Positions 21,268 through 31,739 of a stretch of DNA of 64,000 nt are shown here, piece after piece. The DNA lies in contig CADAHQ010000005.1 in assembly GCA_902787715.1 (NCBI GenBank), positions 2,576-66,575 of the forward strand. Direction: 5' to 3'. The notes below the pieces were generated by a model, which was given only the letters and a program-made list of their open reading frames with translations, had not been told where the DNA came from and ran no database searches. The stretch is from an uncultured Lachnospiraceae bacterium. GTDB lineage: Bacteria; Bacillota; Clostridia; Lachnospirales; Lachnospiraceae. The position numbers were made by a program, and so were the translations under genes. Numbering within the stretch: the stretch's first letter is position 1; each line of letters opens with the position of its first letter.

Positions 21268-21843
21268 TTACTTCGTCTCCTTGCGAACCGAATAGCCGAA
21301 GGTTCCCAGTTTCTCGCCGAGGGCGTGATAAACGCCGTGGGAGTAAGCAACCAGTTTCGCTGCCTCGAGGTCGAAGCGACCCTTCTCATCCATGTACCGG
21401 TCGTCCACCGTCACACCCACAACCTCCGCAATGTACATATCATGGGAGCCGAGGCGCTCCGTCTTCTTCACCTTGCAGTACAGATTGACGGGACTCTCCG
21501 CAATGGCAGGCGTCTCCATATACTCCGAGGTGTACGGTGCGAGATTGTTTTCGGCGAATTTGTCGTAATCGCGCCCGGAGCGCACGCCGCACCAGTCGCA
21601 GGCCTTCAAAAGGTTCTCGGTAACGAGGTTGACAACGAACTCACCGCTCTCCTCAATGAGCTCGTGGGAATACCGCTCCGGCCGCACCGAAACGGAGAGC
21701 ATCACGGGGTCGGAGCAGATGGTGCCCGCCCAGGCAAGGGTCACGATGTTCGGCTTCTCGTCAGCGCCTTTCTTCTTGCAGCTCACCATAACCACCGGCA
21801 CCGGGTAGAGCATGTTGCCGGCCTTCCAATTCTGTTTTCCCAT
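21268..21843 (-). CDS. flavin reductase-like FMN-binding protein
   Basis: 191 aa. LYPVPVVMVSC...NIVTLAWAGTICSDP...NLVT pattern of flavin reductase / flavoredoxin domains. AGGAGG RBS. Confidence 0.8.
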   Translation of the reverse strand: MGKQNWKAGNMLYPVPVVMVSCKKKGADEKPNIVTLAWAGTICSDPVMLSVSVRPERYSHELIEESGEFVVNLVTENLLKACDWCGVRSGRDYDKFAENNLAPYTSEYMETPAIAESPVNLYCKVKKTERLGSHDMYIAEVVGVTVDDRYMDEKGRFDLEAAKLVAYSHGVYHALGEKLGTFGYSVRKETK

Positions 21844-21861
21844 AGATTTGTCCTCCTGTAG

Positions 21862-23058
21862 TTAAGCGTTTGTATGGGACGTCCGCTCTGCCGAAGGAAC
21901 CCGGGCTGTAACGCGGAACGTCCGCTCCATCAAAAGAATCATAGCAACGAAAAATGCACCGACATAATACGGCAGCAGCCACATCCCCGTAAGCGACGCC
22001 AGCACGCCGAACAAGGGCGGAAGAAACGTGGAGCCCACGTAGGCACTCGCCATCTGCACGCTGATGACCGCCTGGGAATTGCCCTTGCCGAAATTATCGG
22101 GCGTCGCATGGATTGCGCATGGAAATACCGGCGCACAGCCAAGCCCGATGATGATGCAGCCCGCGAGGGCAACAGACGTCGGAAGCATCGGCAATGCAAT
22201 CAGCACGACACCGACGCCGGCGATTCCCGTACCCATACGGATCATGCCGCGGTCGCCGAAGCGGTTGGAAATCAGCCCCGAGAGAAACCTTCCCACCGTG
22301 ATTCCGATGCAGAACAGGGCCGCGTAAGCTGCCGCTGCTTCCTTGGAAACCCCACGGGTCCCGATCAAAAAGGAGGCGATCCACAACATGCTTGTGGCTT
22401 CCGCCGAGCAATAGCACAGAAATCCCAAAACCATGGTACGGACACCGCGGATGCGAAGCGCTCCCCGGACACCGATCACCGTTTCGTTGACGCCCTCCTC
22501 CGCATCTTTCTCGGCGTGCACCCGCCAAAGCGGCAGGGAGAGAAGCACAACGGCGGCGATTGTGAACTGGATGGTTCCGATGATGCGGTACCCGCTCTGC
22601 CACTGTGCATGTACAAGCGCGTAGCTCATGACGTACGGGCTGATGATGGTCCCGACGCCCCAGAAGCAGTGCAGCCAGCTCATGTGCCGTGACGAATAAT
22701 GCTGCGCCACGTAGTTGTTCAAAGACGCGTCGATTGAGCCGGCTCCGAGCCCGTACGGAATTCCCCAAAGGCACAATACCAAAAAGGAACCCGCAAAGGA
22801 GAAGCCGAACATGGCGGCCGCCGTCAGCGTGATGCTCACAAGCGTCACCAACCGTGTTCCGAACCGCTTCGTCAGCCGCTCCGCCATCAGACTGGAGATG
22901 ATCGTGGAGCCGGAAATCACGATTGTGGCGATGCCCATCGCCTGTTCCGGCACCTGAAAGTATTCATGCATCACCGGCCAGCCGGCTCCCAGAAGCGAAT
23001 CCGGAAGCCCCAGGCTGATAAATGCCAGATAAATGATTGCCAACAAAAGCAAAACCAT
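21862..23058 (-). CDS. MFS transporter
   Basis: 398 aa, about 12 hydrophobic helices. Lies just downstream of the GH10 gene (26-nt gap) in the same orientation. Confidence 0.8.
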   Translation of the reverse strand: MVLLLLAIIYLAFISLGLPDSLLGAGWPVMHEYFQVPEQAMGIATIVISGSTIISSLMAERLTKRFGTRLVTLVSITLTAAAMFGFSFAGSFLVLCLWGIPYGLGAGSIDASLNNYVAQHYSSRHMSWLHCFWGVGTIISPYVMSYALVHAQWQSGYRIIGTIQFTIAAVVLLSLPLWRVHAEKDAEEGVNETVIGVRGALRIRGVRTMVLGFLCYCSAEATSMLWIASFLIGTRGVSKEAAAAYAALFCIGITVGRFLSGLISNRFGDRGMIRMGTGIAGVGVVLIALPMLPTSVALAGCIIIGLGCAPVFPCAIHATPDNFGKGNSQAVISVQMASAYVGSTFLPPLFGVLASLTGMWLLPYYVGAFFVAMILLMERTFRVTARVPSAERTSHTNA

Positions 23059-23084
23059 GTCTTACATCCTTCGTACGATTGAAA

Positions 23085-24335
23085 TTACAGCACAACCGTC
23101 TCCGCGGTGTCGCTGCTCTCACGAAGCGAGAGCGCCGCACACGCCTTGCCGTCCGTGAGCTCGTAATCGCCCTTGAAGCCGGTAAGCGTAACGTATCCCG
23201 CCTCGTCGGTGGTCACGTCGGAAACCGTCCACCACTCGTTGTGAATCAGGTCTTTAAGCATCTCATACGCGGGCTTCGGCGAGCCGTCCTTGCGAAGCAC
23301 GCCGCTGGGTGCACCGAGCCATGCGCCGTCCGTAAAATCCCACCCCGTGATGGCCTCGACCAGCGGGTGCTCGAAGAGAATTCGATACATCTCCTCCATC
23401 TCGCGGCGCTGTCGTTCCTCGCCCTCGGGCGTCGACGGCCACTCCGGAACCTGCCAGTCGTTGAGGTCCACAATGTGGGCGGGCATCAGGTCGCCGGAGA
23501 TCAGTGTATTTTCCGTAAAATGAATGGGCTTTCCGAAGTGCTCGAAGCGCTTCAATACTTCCTCCACCTTCGCTGCGCCCCAGTAGCCCTGGTGCTGGTG
23601 CGACTGGATTCCGATGGCGTCGATGGATACGCCCGCGTTCAGGCAGCCGTCCACCAGAATCTCGTAGGAGATTGAGGTGTTGAAGTCGTTCAGAAGAAGC
23701 GTCGCATCGGGGTTTGCTTCGCGCGCCTGCGCAAAGACCTTGCGAATCAGGCCGATTCGGCCGTACTCGTTGCAGATGCGTGTGATGGCGTTGTCGTATT
23801 TGTCGAAAATCGGCATGATGACAACCTCGTTGATGACATCCCAGAAGTCGATGACGCCCTTAAAGTTCGTGACCTCTCTTGTGATGCGCTCCAGTTGCTT
23901 ACGCATGATGGTTTCGTTATCGTACTTCATCAGCCAGTCCACACAGGCCGTGTGCCAGCACAGAGGATGGCCCTTTACCGTAACACCCTTCTGCTGCATG
24001 AGTTTCGCGGTGTTGAGAAGGCCCTCCGTGTTGGGCTTGCCCTCCTCGTGCTCAAACCGCCCCCAGTAGAAGGGGAGCGTACCGTAGTTGTACACCGCAA
24101 GCCACTGCTCAATCTTCTTCTGCAAAAGTGTAAGATCCGGCCGGAACTGCTCCGGGATCCTCTCAAATGCCTTCTTGTCCTGACTGAGGGCGTACGGCAC
24201 AAAGTCAAATGCGCCGCAGCCAAACAAAAACTTGTGGTTCGTCTGGCGAAGCGTAAGCTTCGTGTTCGCCATGGCGGTTCCCGCGGCGTTTACTACCTTC
24301 ACTCTTCTTGTTGCTTTTCTGTGTTCGAAACTCAT
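23085..24335 (-). CDS. GH10 family endo-1,4-beta-xylanase (no signal peptide)
   Basis: Acid/base motif WDVINE and nucleophile region HFTENT, in a (beta/alpha)8-sized protein of 416 aa. Confidence 0.8.
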   Translation of the reverse strand: MSFEHRKATRRVKVVNAAGTAMANTKLTLRQTNHKFLFGCGAFDFVPYALSQDKKAFERIPEQFRPDLTLLQKKIEQWLAVYNYGTLPFYWGRFEHEEGKPNTEGLLNTAKLMQQKGVTVKGHPLCWHTACVDWLMKYDNETIMRKQLERITREVTNFKGVIDFWDVINEVVIMPIFDKYDNAITRICNEYGRIGLIRKVFAQAREANPDATLLLNDFNTSISYEILVDGCLNAGVSIDAIGIQSHQHQGYWGAAKVEEVLKRFEHFGKPIHFTENTLISGDLMPAHIVDLNDWQVPEWPSTPEGEERQRREMEEMYRILFEHPLVEAITGWDFTDGAWLGAPSGVLRKDGSPKPAYEMLKDLIHNEWWTVSDVTTDEAGYVTLTGFKGDYELTDGKACAALSLRESSDTAETVVL

Positions 24336-24422
24336 GTCGGTCTCCTTACGATTTATTCTTTATGCAGCTTTTCTTAAAAATGTGATTACACGCATTTTCT
24401 ATGTTCTACCATTGTAGAACAT

Positions 24423-25946
24423 CTAACTGATGTACCGGAAATCGCGGAACACTGCGGTTCCGCCGGCCCTCTCCGTGGAGAGCACGAACAAACCGAATCT
24501 CGCTCCCGTAAAATGGTCCAGTCGAAAATACATCCGATGCGGCTCCCCGATCTCCCGGGTCTCATTTCCGCGGCGCACATAGGCGCGGACCGTGTCTGTC
24601 ATTTTCGTAAAATCAGCGCGTATTCCGACGGTCAGCGTATCCTCCGAAATCTCCTCGCGATACGTAACCTCCGGCGGGTCCGTATCGCTGCCGCCGATTC
24701 CGAAGCCCGCTGCGGGCTCTTTTCGCTCCGTCACGGTGAGATACTTTCTTCCCGTCTCCTCCGAAATTCCGACAGCGAGATAAGCTCCCTGCAGGGCGCA
24801 CAATCCGGCGGTGTCCCCTTCCGAAAGCCCTGCTGTATCCACCGTAACCTCCGCAGCACAGGCGGGATAGAGCATCCTCTGGGTGAGGGTGTTTCGCACC
24901 TGGGTTACGTTCGAACACACCTCCCCGGTTGTAATGGCAAGCCCGCCTTCCGGAAGAATCGTCCACAGCTCGTCCTGCGGCACGTGATTCCACTGCCACG
25001 GAAGTGCAAGCGGGCCGCTGCCAGGCGCAAAGCTGTCCGAAACATACAACGGTGCATATTCATAGTCCGGACGGGTGCTTGTGATCGCGATATTCTCAGG
25101 AAGCCTGCCGTTCTCGCCGAACACCGGCATGGTTTCATCCCACGTGACCGGCACCAGCACGGGGATTCGCCCGATGGCCCCGGAATCCTGAAACAGGACG
25201 GCATACCACCGCCCGTCCGGGGTGTCGACAAGGCCTCCCTGCGCGATTCCCTGACCGCAATAACCGCCGTCATCCCGGAACACGTCGCCGCCCCTGTAGG
25301 GTCCGTCGACCGCTTCCGCGGTAAATACAGCCTCAGTGCGACGCCCGTTCTCCTTCGGCCAGTGAATCAGCGTGAGGACGTACCGCCCGTTGATTTTATA
25401 AAAATGCGACCCCTCATACCCGAGATGTACCTTGTCCCGGTCATCGCGAAGAATCACGCAATCAACGCCTCCCTCCGCGGGCCCAGAGAGATCCTTTGCA
25501 AGCTCCGTCAGCCGGATCTCCGTATTGCCGTGAACGATATACACGCGGCCGTCATCGTCCCACAGAAGAGAACAGTCGTGGTAATATCCGCGGATCTTCC
25601 GATGCTCCCACGGGCCGTCAATCGACTCCGCCGTGAAGAGGTGCGTATCCTCCTGCCCGTGGCTCACAAACGCCGCATAAAAACGCCCGTTGTGATGCCG
25701 CAGACTCGCCGCCCACATGCCCTTGCCATAGCTGTTCTGCCCGTTTTCAAGCCGTTCCGCGGGCGTCCCGTCCAGCTCGTCGAAGAGATATGTCGCAATC
25801 TCCCAATGTGCCAGATCGTAGGAGCGCAGAATCACTCCGCCCGGCACAAAATACATCGTGGTGCTGATCATGTAGTAGGTGTCATCCACGCGGATCACAT
25901 CCGGATCCGGGTAATCCATACGGGTCAGCGGATTGACATTTTTCAT
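24423..25946 (-). CDS. GH43 beta-xylosidase / alpha-L-arabinofuranosidase
   Basis: N-terminal NPLTRMDYPDPDVIRVDDTYYMISTT (catalytic Asp region), plus a C-terminal beta-sandwich-sized extension. 507 aa. Confidence 0.88.
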   Translation of the reverse strand: MKNVNPLTRMDYPDPDVIRVDDTYYMISTTMYFVPGGVILRSYDLAHWEIATYLFDELDGTPAERLENGQNSYGKGMWAASLRHHNGRFYAAFVSHGQEDTHLFTAESIDGPWEHRKIRGYYHDCSLLWDDDGRVYIVHGNTEIRLTELAKDLSGPAEGGVDCVILRDDRDKVHLGYEGSHFYKINGRYVLTLIHWPKENGRRTEAVFTAEAVDGPYRGGDVFRDDGGYCGQGIAQGGLVDTPDGRWYAVLFQDSGAIGRIPVLVPVTWDETMPVFGENGRLPENIAITSTRPDYEYAPLYVSDSFAPGSGPLALPWQWNHVPQDELWTILPEGGLAITTGEVCSNVTQVRNTLTQRMLYPACAAEVTVDTAGLSEGDTAGLCALQGAYLAVGISEETGRKYLTVTERKEPAAGFGIGGSDTDPPEVTYREEISEDTLTVGIRADFTKMTDTVRAYVRRGNETREIGEPHRMYFRLDHFTGARFGLFVLSTERAGGTAVFRDFRYIS

Positions 25947-25970
25947 ATTGCTATCCTCCTGCGGCGCCTC

Positions 25971-27629
25971 TTACAGCTGCTCCAAAAGGGCCGAAAGTCC
26001 GCCCTCTTTGTAAACCTCGCGGTAATACTCCACTTCCTCGCGAATCAGATCGTCAATCATCCGCATGCCGAGCAGCTCCACCGGCGCACGGTCGTCCGTA
26101 AGAATCCGATTGCCGCCCTCATAGCGCACCAGCGAGCGCGCAACCTCGTGCATCATGAGAGACAGCTCGCTGTCGGTCTCCTTCGCAATCTGCTCCGAAA
26201 GCTTCTCCGCAATCCCGCTTCGGCACGAAGCGAACAGTTCCTGGTTCGTGGAGCCCTTCACATCCACCGTGTAAACTTCCGTGAACACGCTTGCGATGGT
26301 GTCGGAGAGATAACGGTTGATACCGTCCTCGCGGTCGGCCTTCATGTTCATGTTCACAACCATCACGCCGCCCTCCGTCAGATGGTCACGCACAAGCGTA
26401 AAAAACTCCACTGACGACATCTGGAAGGGGATCGTGATGTCCTGGTAGGCGTCCACCATGATGACATCGTACTTTGTTTCCACGGCGTTTAAAAAAGCGC
26501 GTCCGTCGTAGGTCGTGACCTTCACATTCTCCGGGAGTTTGAAATACTTCTTCGCAAGCTCCGTAATCTTCTCATCGATCTCGACGCCCTCCACGGTCAC
26601 ATTCGTAAAATACCGCCCGCACTGCGTCGCGTACGTCCCCGAGCCGTTGCCGAGCACCAGGACGGAAAGCTCCTCGCGGTCGTTCACGCCCGCCATAAAG
26701 GGCGCCGCCATGGCGTAATCATAGTACATGCCCGTGAGGCCGCGGTTTTTCAGATACACCGACTGCACGCCGAAGAGAACGTTTGTGGAGAGCACCACGC
26801 GCTCGTCGTCCTCGTACACCTGCAGGTAGTTGTAAACCGACTCGCCCTCGTAGGTCAGGTCCTTCTCCCAGAAAGCAAAGCTGTTGTTATGACCGAAGAT
26901 GCAGCACACGATAAAGAGAATCATTGCCGCCGGAAGTTTCTTGATCTTCCGCACTGCAATCCCCGAGGAGATGAAATACACTGCCGCGAGCGCCAGAAGA
27001 ATGCCCGCAAAAATCAAAAACGTGATTGCCGTGCCCACCGCGGGGATACTGATAAACGTCGGCACGAAGGTTCCGATGATGCTTCCCACGGTGTTCGAGG
27101 CGTTGAGGTTTCCCACAAGACGGCCGTTGTCCTCCAGGTTGTCGGTGGCGAATTTGACGAGGGAGGGCGTGACGGTTCCGAGCAAAAAGAGCGGGAACAC
27201 AAAGATCACCATACATGCAGCAAATCCCGCAATCACCAGGAAGTTGCTGCTGACCGAGAAGATCAAAAGCCCTGAGATTCCGAGGATGATGTATTTGCCA
27301 AGCACCGGAATAAGGGCAATCCATACTGCCGCGATGATCACGCGGGCATACAACCGGTCGGGGTCGGGATTCTTATCCGCGCTGCGCCCGCCGTATATAT
27401 TTCCGAGGGCCATGGCAATCATGATGGTTCCGATGATGATGGTCCACACAATCTGCGACGAACTGAAATACGGCGCCAGCAGACGGCTCGCGCCGAGCTC
27501 CACCGCCATCACGGACATTCCCGCGAAAAATTCGGTCAGATACAAAAACACCCGTTTGCGGAGTATCGGTCTGCGCTCCGCCAAGCGGCTGACTTCGGTC
27601 TTTTTTTCCTCACTCACTGTCTCATCCAC
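25971..27629 (-). CDS. fused membrane domain / spermidine synthase-like methyltransferase-fold protein
   Basis: N-terminal ~230 aa are polytopic. The C-terminal part has VLVLGNGSGTYA...EGVEIDEKI...VDAYQD, typical of polyamine aminopropyltransferase folds. GTG start with a weak RBS, so the start is uncertain. Confidence 0.8.
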   Translation of the reverse strand: MDETVSEEKKTEVSRLAERRPILRKRVFLYLTEFFAGMSVMAVELGASRLLAPYFSSSQIVWTIIIGTIMIAMALGNIYGGRSADKNPDPDRLYARVIIAAVWIALIPVLGKYIILGISGLLIFSVSSNFLVIAGFAACMVIFVFPLFLLGTVTPSLVKFATDNLEDNGRLVGNLNASNTVGSIIGTFVPTFISIPAVGTAITFLIFAGILLALAAVYFISSGIAVRKIKKLPAAMILFIVCCIFGHNNSFAFWEKDLTYEGESVYNYLQVYEDDERVVLSTNVLFGVQSVYLKNRGLTGMYYDYAMAAPFMAGVNDREELSVLVLGNGSGTYATQCGRYFTNVTVEGVEIDEKITELAKKYFKLPENVKVTTYDGRAFLNAVETKYDVIMVDAYQDITIPFQMSSVEFFTLVRDHLTEGGVMVVNMNMKADREDGINRYLSDTIASVFTEVYTVDVKGSTNQELFASCRSGIAEKLSEQIAKETDSELSLMMHEVARSLVRYEGGNRILTDDRAPVELLGMRMIDDLIREEVEYYREVYKEGGLSALLEQL

Positions 27630-27662
27630 CTTTGTTATTATTTCACTCTCCGTGGGCCCGTA

Positions 27663-28322
27663 TCACTTCGAAAGCTTCCGAAGCATCCACCCGCAGGCGT
27701 CGTTCATATCTGTTGCGACGTAAGCGCTCAGCCTCTGCATCTCCTCCGTCACCGGCAGAAGATCCGGCACCATCACCGCAAGCATGCCGGCCGCATGGGC
27801 AGCGCGGATTCCGTTGTGGGAGTCCTCCACGGCAATCGCCTCTTCCGGGGCAACCGAAAGAGCCTCGCACGCGGTCAGAAAGATCTCCGGGTCAGGCTTT
27901 GAATGCGTCACCGTATCGCCGCCTACCACCGCGGTAAAGTACCGGTCAATCCCCGCGGACGCAAGCAATCGAAGCACCTTCTCGCGCCTGGTGGAGGATG
28001 CCACCGCAATCTTCGCGCCGGCCTTCGCAAGGGCCTCCAGCGTCTCCCGGACGCCTTCCTTCACCGGAACGCCGTGCTCCGCGATATATTCGTTGTACAT
28101 GGCGGAGGCGCGCCTGTCGTACTCCTCAAACGGAAAATCCTTCCCGTAATTGTCGTACACGATCTGCCTCGTCGCCTGGACGTTTACGCCGATGCAAAGC
28201 GCATACACCTCTTCCATGTTCGGAATCTCATACTCCTTCGAGAGCGCAATCCAGCAATCCCGGCAGAGCCGCTCGGTGTCAAAGAGGATTCCGTCCATAT
28301 CAAAAACAACTGCTGTAATCAT
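27663..28322 (-). CDS. HAD-superfamily hydrolase (beta-phosphoglucomutase-like)
   Basis: DMDGILFDTE motif I, ASSTRR motif II, and the EDSHNGIRAAHAAGM motif III/IV region. Confidence 0.85.
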   Translation of the reverse strand: MITAVVFDMDGILFDTERLCRDCWIALSKEYEIPNMEEVYALCIGVNVQATRQIVYDNYGKDFPFEEYDRRASAMYNEYIAEHGVPVKEGVRETLEALAKAGAKIAVASSTRREKVLRLLASAGIDRYFTAVVGGDTVTHSKPDPEIFLTACEALSVAPEEAIAVEDSHNGIRAAHAAGMLAVMVPDLLPVTEEMQRLSAYVATDMNDACGWMLRKLSK

Positions 28323-28342
28323 TTTTTATCTCCGCGAGATTT

Positions 28343-28768
28343 TTACTGCATTCTTCCCTCGCCGCCCATAAGCCGCGTCATCTCCTCGATGCGCTCAAGC
28401 GGGAAGGGAGGGTTCGTAAGCGGACGAAGGGCAATTGACATCAGCTTCATCGGATTGTCGTCCGCCGCCACGCGGTTTGAGCTCATGGCGCCGCACACGC
28501 GGCAGCGGTGAATAATCGCCCACTCGCCGTTCTTCCGCACCCAGACAGCAATGGCATCCATGTGACCGCCGCAGTCGCTCTCGCGATCACCCGGCTCAAT
28601 GTCCACATGAAGGCTGGTTAAGCAGTTCGGGCAATGGTTGCGGTGGTCGCTCCCCGCGCCCATCGGCACAACGGTCCGCCCGCACTCCTTGCACACGAAA
28701 GTCTCATCGCACGGGTGCGTCTTGTAATATCCTTTTTCGTAAGATCTCTTCTTGTTTTCCCGGTTCAC
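28343..28768 (-). CDS. RNHCP domain protein (zinc-ribbon-like)
   Basis: Contains the literal DHRNHCPNCLTSLHVD motif and further CxxC pairs (CKECG, CRVCG). GTG start with a GAGGAG RBS. Confidence 0.75.
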   Translation of the reverse strand: MNRENKKRSYEKGYYKTHPCDETFVCKECGRTVVPMGAGSDHRNHCPNCLTSLHVDIEPGDRESDCGGHMDAIAVWVRKNGEWAIIHRCRVCGAMSSNRVAADDNPMKLMSIALRPLTNPPFPLERIEEMTRLMGGEGRMQ

Positions 28769-28910
28769 GTTACATCGTCTCCTCAGTGAAATTTAGGTCC
28801 ACCCTATGCCCTTAAGTTTACCACACAACGCCTCATCATACAATGAAAAAAGCCTGTGTTTTCCTTTCCATTTCGCGGACGGACACGGGGAAGGGAAGGA
28901 TTTGCCGGGC

Positions 28911-28944
28911 ATAAAAAAGGCGGACACGCTGCGGTGTCCGCCTT
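28911..28944 (-). terminator. intrinsic terminator of the envelope gene cluster
   Basis: 11-bp stem AAGGCGGACAC / GTGTCCGCCTT. On the minus strand it is followed by TTTTTTAT, 7 nt after the stop of the 560-aa gene. Confidence 0.65.
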
Positions 28945-28950
28945 AGGGTT

Positions 28951-30633
28951 TTACTTTTGTTCGCCGTCCTTGTTTGCGGTCTTTGCAACCATCTCAAGGA
29001 GCAGCCACTTCGGATTGTCCTTGCCGTCATCCGGCGTTTCGTCGATATTGAGGAAATAGAGCGTGGAGTCCATCAGGCTCGTTACATCGGCCCCTGTTCT
29101 TGTAAGCTTCATGTGCTTTACGAAGTGAACGTAAACCGAGAAACAATTCTCCGTGTACACGGTGTACTCCGAAAGCGAAAGGTCGGTGATATAGTTGTTC
29201 GCCGCATTGTGATCGCTGATGAAGGTGATGTCAATGCTTTTGGCATACTTCTCCGCTTCATCATAGAGGAGGGAATTCTTTACGATATAGGAGCGAACCT
29301 CGGCAAGGCCGTAATTTTTGCCCTTAAGATCCTTAGTCGTAAAATCCATCCATTTCTTCGCTGTGGTGAGTGCAAGATCGTAGCGATCCTGCGGAAGCTC
29401 CAAATCGGTCTGCGGCTTGTAGCTTATATTAACGTTGCCGTCCGCATCCTTTTCAAAGGAAACCGGCGCCCCGGCAGCGTCCACAATCTTTACTTCCGGC
29501 TCATGCAAAAGGCCTTCCACGGAGTACGTCACATTGTTCGGAATCGTCACATAATCCGAGAGAAGCGACAACTCCTTCGGAAGCTCCGAATGGTCTGTGA
29601 TGTACTGTTCCGTGAGTTCCTTGCCGTTGACCGAAACCTTGTACCCCACCGGCACCGTGTACTCATAGCTGGAGGTCATAATCGTCTCCCCGGACTCCGT
29701 AATCACCGGCCAGATTTCCTCAATCTTCCAGTCGCACACCTCGAGGATGGCGAGGATGCGGCGGGGATTGTACGAAGTCAGCTTCATCTGCGCAACAAGT
29801 TTGTTGTCGCCGTAAATATCAAAGACGGGATTGGTGGTGCTGTAGCTCTTGGCGTTCTTCTGGCAGGTGTAGGTTCCCACCGCTGCAAGCTTCGCAAGGT
29901 ACTCCTCCTTGACGATATCCTTGCTCTCAAACTCACCGGAGAGCTCCGGAACTTCAATCTGACGGCCGAGAGAGCCGTCGCGTGCTTTCACTTCAAATTC
30001 CTGCAAAAGCCGGCCGACACAATTCACGACCTGCGATTTCTCATAATCCTGCAGGCAGCGGTCCGTGTATCTCCATACGAAGAATCCGCCGACCAAAAGA
30101 ATCACTGCCCAAAATGCAAGAAACACGAGGAACATCCGGCGACCGCGGCGAGCTTTCTTCTCCTGCGCACGCTGGCGGTTCCGGCGTCTGCGGGCTGCCT
30201 CGGATTCCTCATCGTCTCCGCCGTCGGGACCCGGTGTCACCGGTCTCTTCGGAGCTGCCTCTTTTCTTCCTGCTTTCGAAGCTCCGTCCGTGGACTTCGC
30301 GGTTCTGCTTACTGCTCTCTGGGTGCCTTCCGCTGCTCTTTCCGTGCGGGCTGCCGCAGGTCTTGCGCCTGCCGTGCGTGTAGCGCCGCCCTCAGCTCTT
30401 GCAGCTGTGCGGGTTGTGTCCACTGTTCTTGCAACCGCCGGTTTTGTGCCTGCCGCCTTAGGGGCTGCGGATCCGGCCGATGCCGGCTTCGCGCTCTGTA
30501 CGCTTCTGCCGGTGGCGCGCTCCAGATCTTTCCAGAAGGAATCGTCGCTCTCCACCTCATCGCGGTAGGCGTCGTACATATCGCGGTAACGCTTCCCGCT
30601 TACATTTCTCGGCGTTTTCTTGTCCTTAACCAT
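28951..30633 (-). CDS. hypothetical single-pass membrane protein with an Arg/Ala/Thr-rich cytoplasmic N-terminus
   Basis: ORF 28951..30654. ATG 30633 (MVKDKK...) is preferred; GTG 30654 overlaps the upstream stop. ~170 aa of low-complexity basic sequence, one TM helix (MFLVFLAFWAVILLVGGFFVW), then a ~370-aa extracytoplasmic domain with no motif I recognise. Confidence 0.65.
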   Translation of the reverse strand: MVKDKKTPRNVSGKRYRDMYDAYRDEVESDDSFWKDLERATGRSVQSAKPASAGSAAPKAAGTKPAVARTVDTTRTAARAEGGATRTAGARPAAARTERAAEGTQRAVSRTAKSTDGASKAGRKEAAPKRPVTPGPDGGDDEESEAARRRRNRQRAQEKKARRGRRMFLVFLAFWAVILLVGGFFVWRYTDRCLQDYEKSQVVNCVGRLLQEFEVKARDGSLGRQIEVPELSGEFESKDIVKEEYLAKLAAVGTYTCQKNAKSYSTTNPVFDIYGDNKLVAQMKLTSYNPRRILAILEVCDWKIEEIWPVITESGETIMTSSYEYTVPVGYKVSVNGKELTEQYITDHSELPKELSLLSDYVTIPNNVTYSVEGLLHEPEVKIVDAAGAPVSFEKDADGNVNISYKPQTDLELPQDRYDLALTTAKKWMDFTTKDLKGKNYGLAEVRSYIVKNSLLYDEAEKYAKSIDITFISDHNAANNYITDLSLSEYTVYTENCFSVYVHFVKHMKLTRTGADVTSLMDSTLYFLNIDETPDDGKDNPKWLLLEMVAKTANKDGEQK

Positions 30634-30650
30634 AAACTGTCTTTCCCCCC

Positions 30651-31739
30651 TCACTGCTTCGGCAGTACGACAAATGCATCCGGCAGATGCCAGGAGTCAT
30701 GCTGATAATAGAAGGTAACGCTGGTCATCTCATACTCCCCGTTGTAAACCATGGACGAGGAGCTGCCGCCGTCGAGGTTGGCGGCATTTACCGCGCCGTA
30801 ATCCAGCATAACGGCAATCAAATCGGATGCCGTAGCACCGAGATGTCCGCCGGCACCGCGGCCGTCCGTAACAAACAGAAGGATGGCACCGTCCGCGCGC
30901 TGTCCGATGGCCGTACGGGGATTGCTTCCGCTTCCCTGTCCCTTCAACTCACGGCCTTCGCCGTTAATGACGAGCGGAACGAAGTGGTTGTTAACGTCCG
31001 AGGCTTCCTCCTGGAACGTAACCGCATCCCGGATGTGCGCTTCCTTGATATAAGCCTCCACGGCCGACTTGCCCATGCCGTTCAGGTCCTTGATAACCAG
31101 CAGGTTGTCCTCATCCATACCGATGAGGTACAGACCCTTCTGGGTAGGAGAATTCCATTGAATCTGTCCCTTGGAAACGACAACGCCGTACGGTCTTCCG
31201 CCCTTGTTGGCCGTGGACTCGTACAAACCTCCGTTCACACCGGCGACTCCGCCGTAATTCTTCACAATGACATCCAGGTTCTTCCCGTACTCACCGAACG
31301 GATACGTGGTCCCCACGATAACCTGGGAAGGATCCTTGATGATCAACATTTTGCCGAAGAACGTACGTCCGGCAACCTCTTCGAGGCGCACGCCGTTCTC
31401 GTCGAAGACCTCTTCCTTCGCAACCGGATTCTTGGGATCCTTGCTCGGACCCTCTTTCTTTCCGATCTGGATCAGGTTCCGGTCGATGTCGGTATTCATA
31501 TCCTCCATCTTGTTGTTGTTTACAATCTCATTAATCTCTTCCTTGGAGCAGACCATGTTTGCGATAAACTTTAACTGTCCGGTCTCCAGAATCGTCGTGA
31601 TGAACGTTGCCTTCGCCTCCTGGGACGGCCCGTGGCAGATTTTGTACATGACGCCGTACAAAACGCCCACGAGGATCAACAGCGTTGTAAGCAGGACGAT
31701 GATAAATCGAAGGAAGTATTTGCCGATTCTACGCCACAT
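30651..31739 (-). CDS. phosphodiester glycosidase family protein (DUF2233/NAGPA-like), membrane anchored
   Basis: N-terminal TM anchor. C-terminal ...NPRTAIGQRADGAILLFVTDGR...GATASDLIAVMLDYGAVNAANLDGGSS, characteristic of this family. Confidence 0.78.
   Translation of the reverse strand: MWRRIGKYFLRFIIVLLTTLLILVGVLYGVMYKICHGPSQEAKATFITTILETGQLKFIANMVCSKEEINEIVNNNKMEDMNTDIDRNLIQIGKKEGPSKDPKNPVAKEEVFDENGVRLEEVAGRTFFGKMLIIKDPSQVIVGTTYPFGEYGKNLDVIVKNYGGVAGVNGGLYESTANKGGRPYGVVVSKGQIQWNSPTQKGLYLIGMDEDNLLVIKDLNGMGKSAVEAYIKEAHIRDAVTFQEEASDVNNHFVPLVINGEGRELKGQGSGSNPRTAIGQRADGAILLFVTDGRGAGGHLGATASDLIAVMLDYGAVNAANLDGGSSSSMVYNGEYEMTSVTFYYQHDSWHLPDAFVVLPKQ

Noticed and set aside
24513-26414. 633-aa plus-strand ORF spanning the GH43 and spermidine-synthase-like genes.
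   Set aside because: It is antisense to two well-supported genes and crosses their intergenic gap. Its composition is low-complexity and Arg-rich, and it has no RBS.
28957-30705. 582-aa plus-strand ORF opposite the 560-aa hypothetical gene.
   Set aside because: The minus-strand frame has a TM helix, translational coupling to the upstream gene and a terminator. The plus-strand product is Arg/Cys/Leu-rich junk with no start context.
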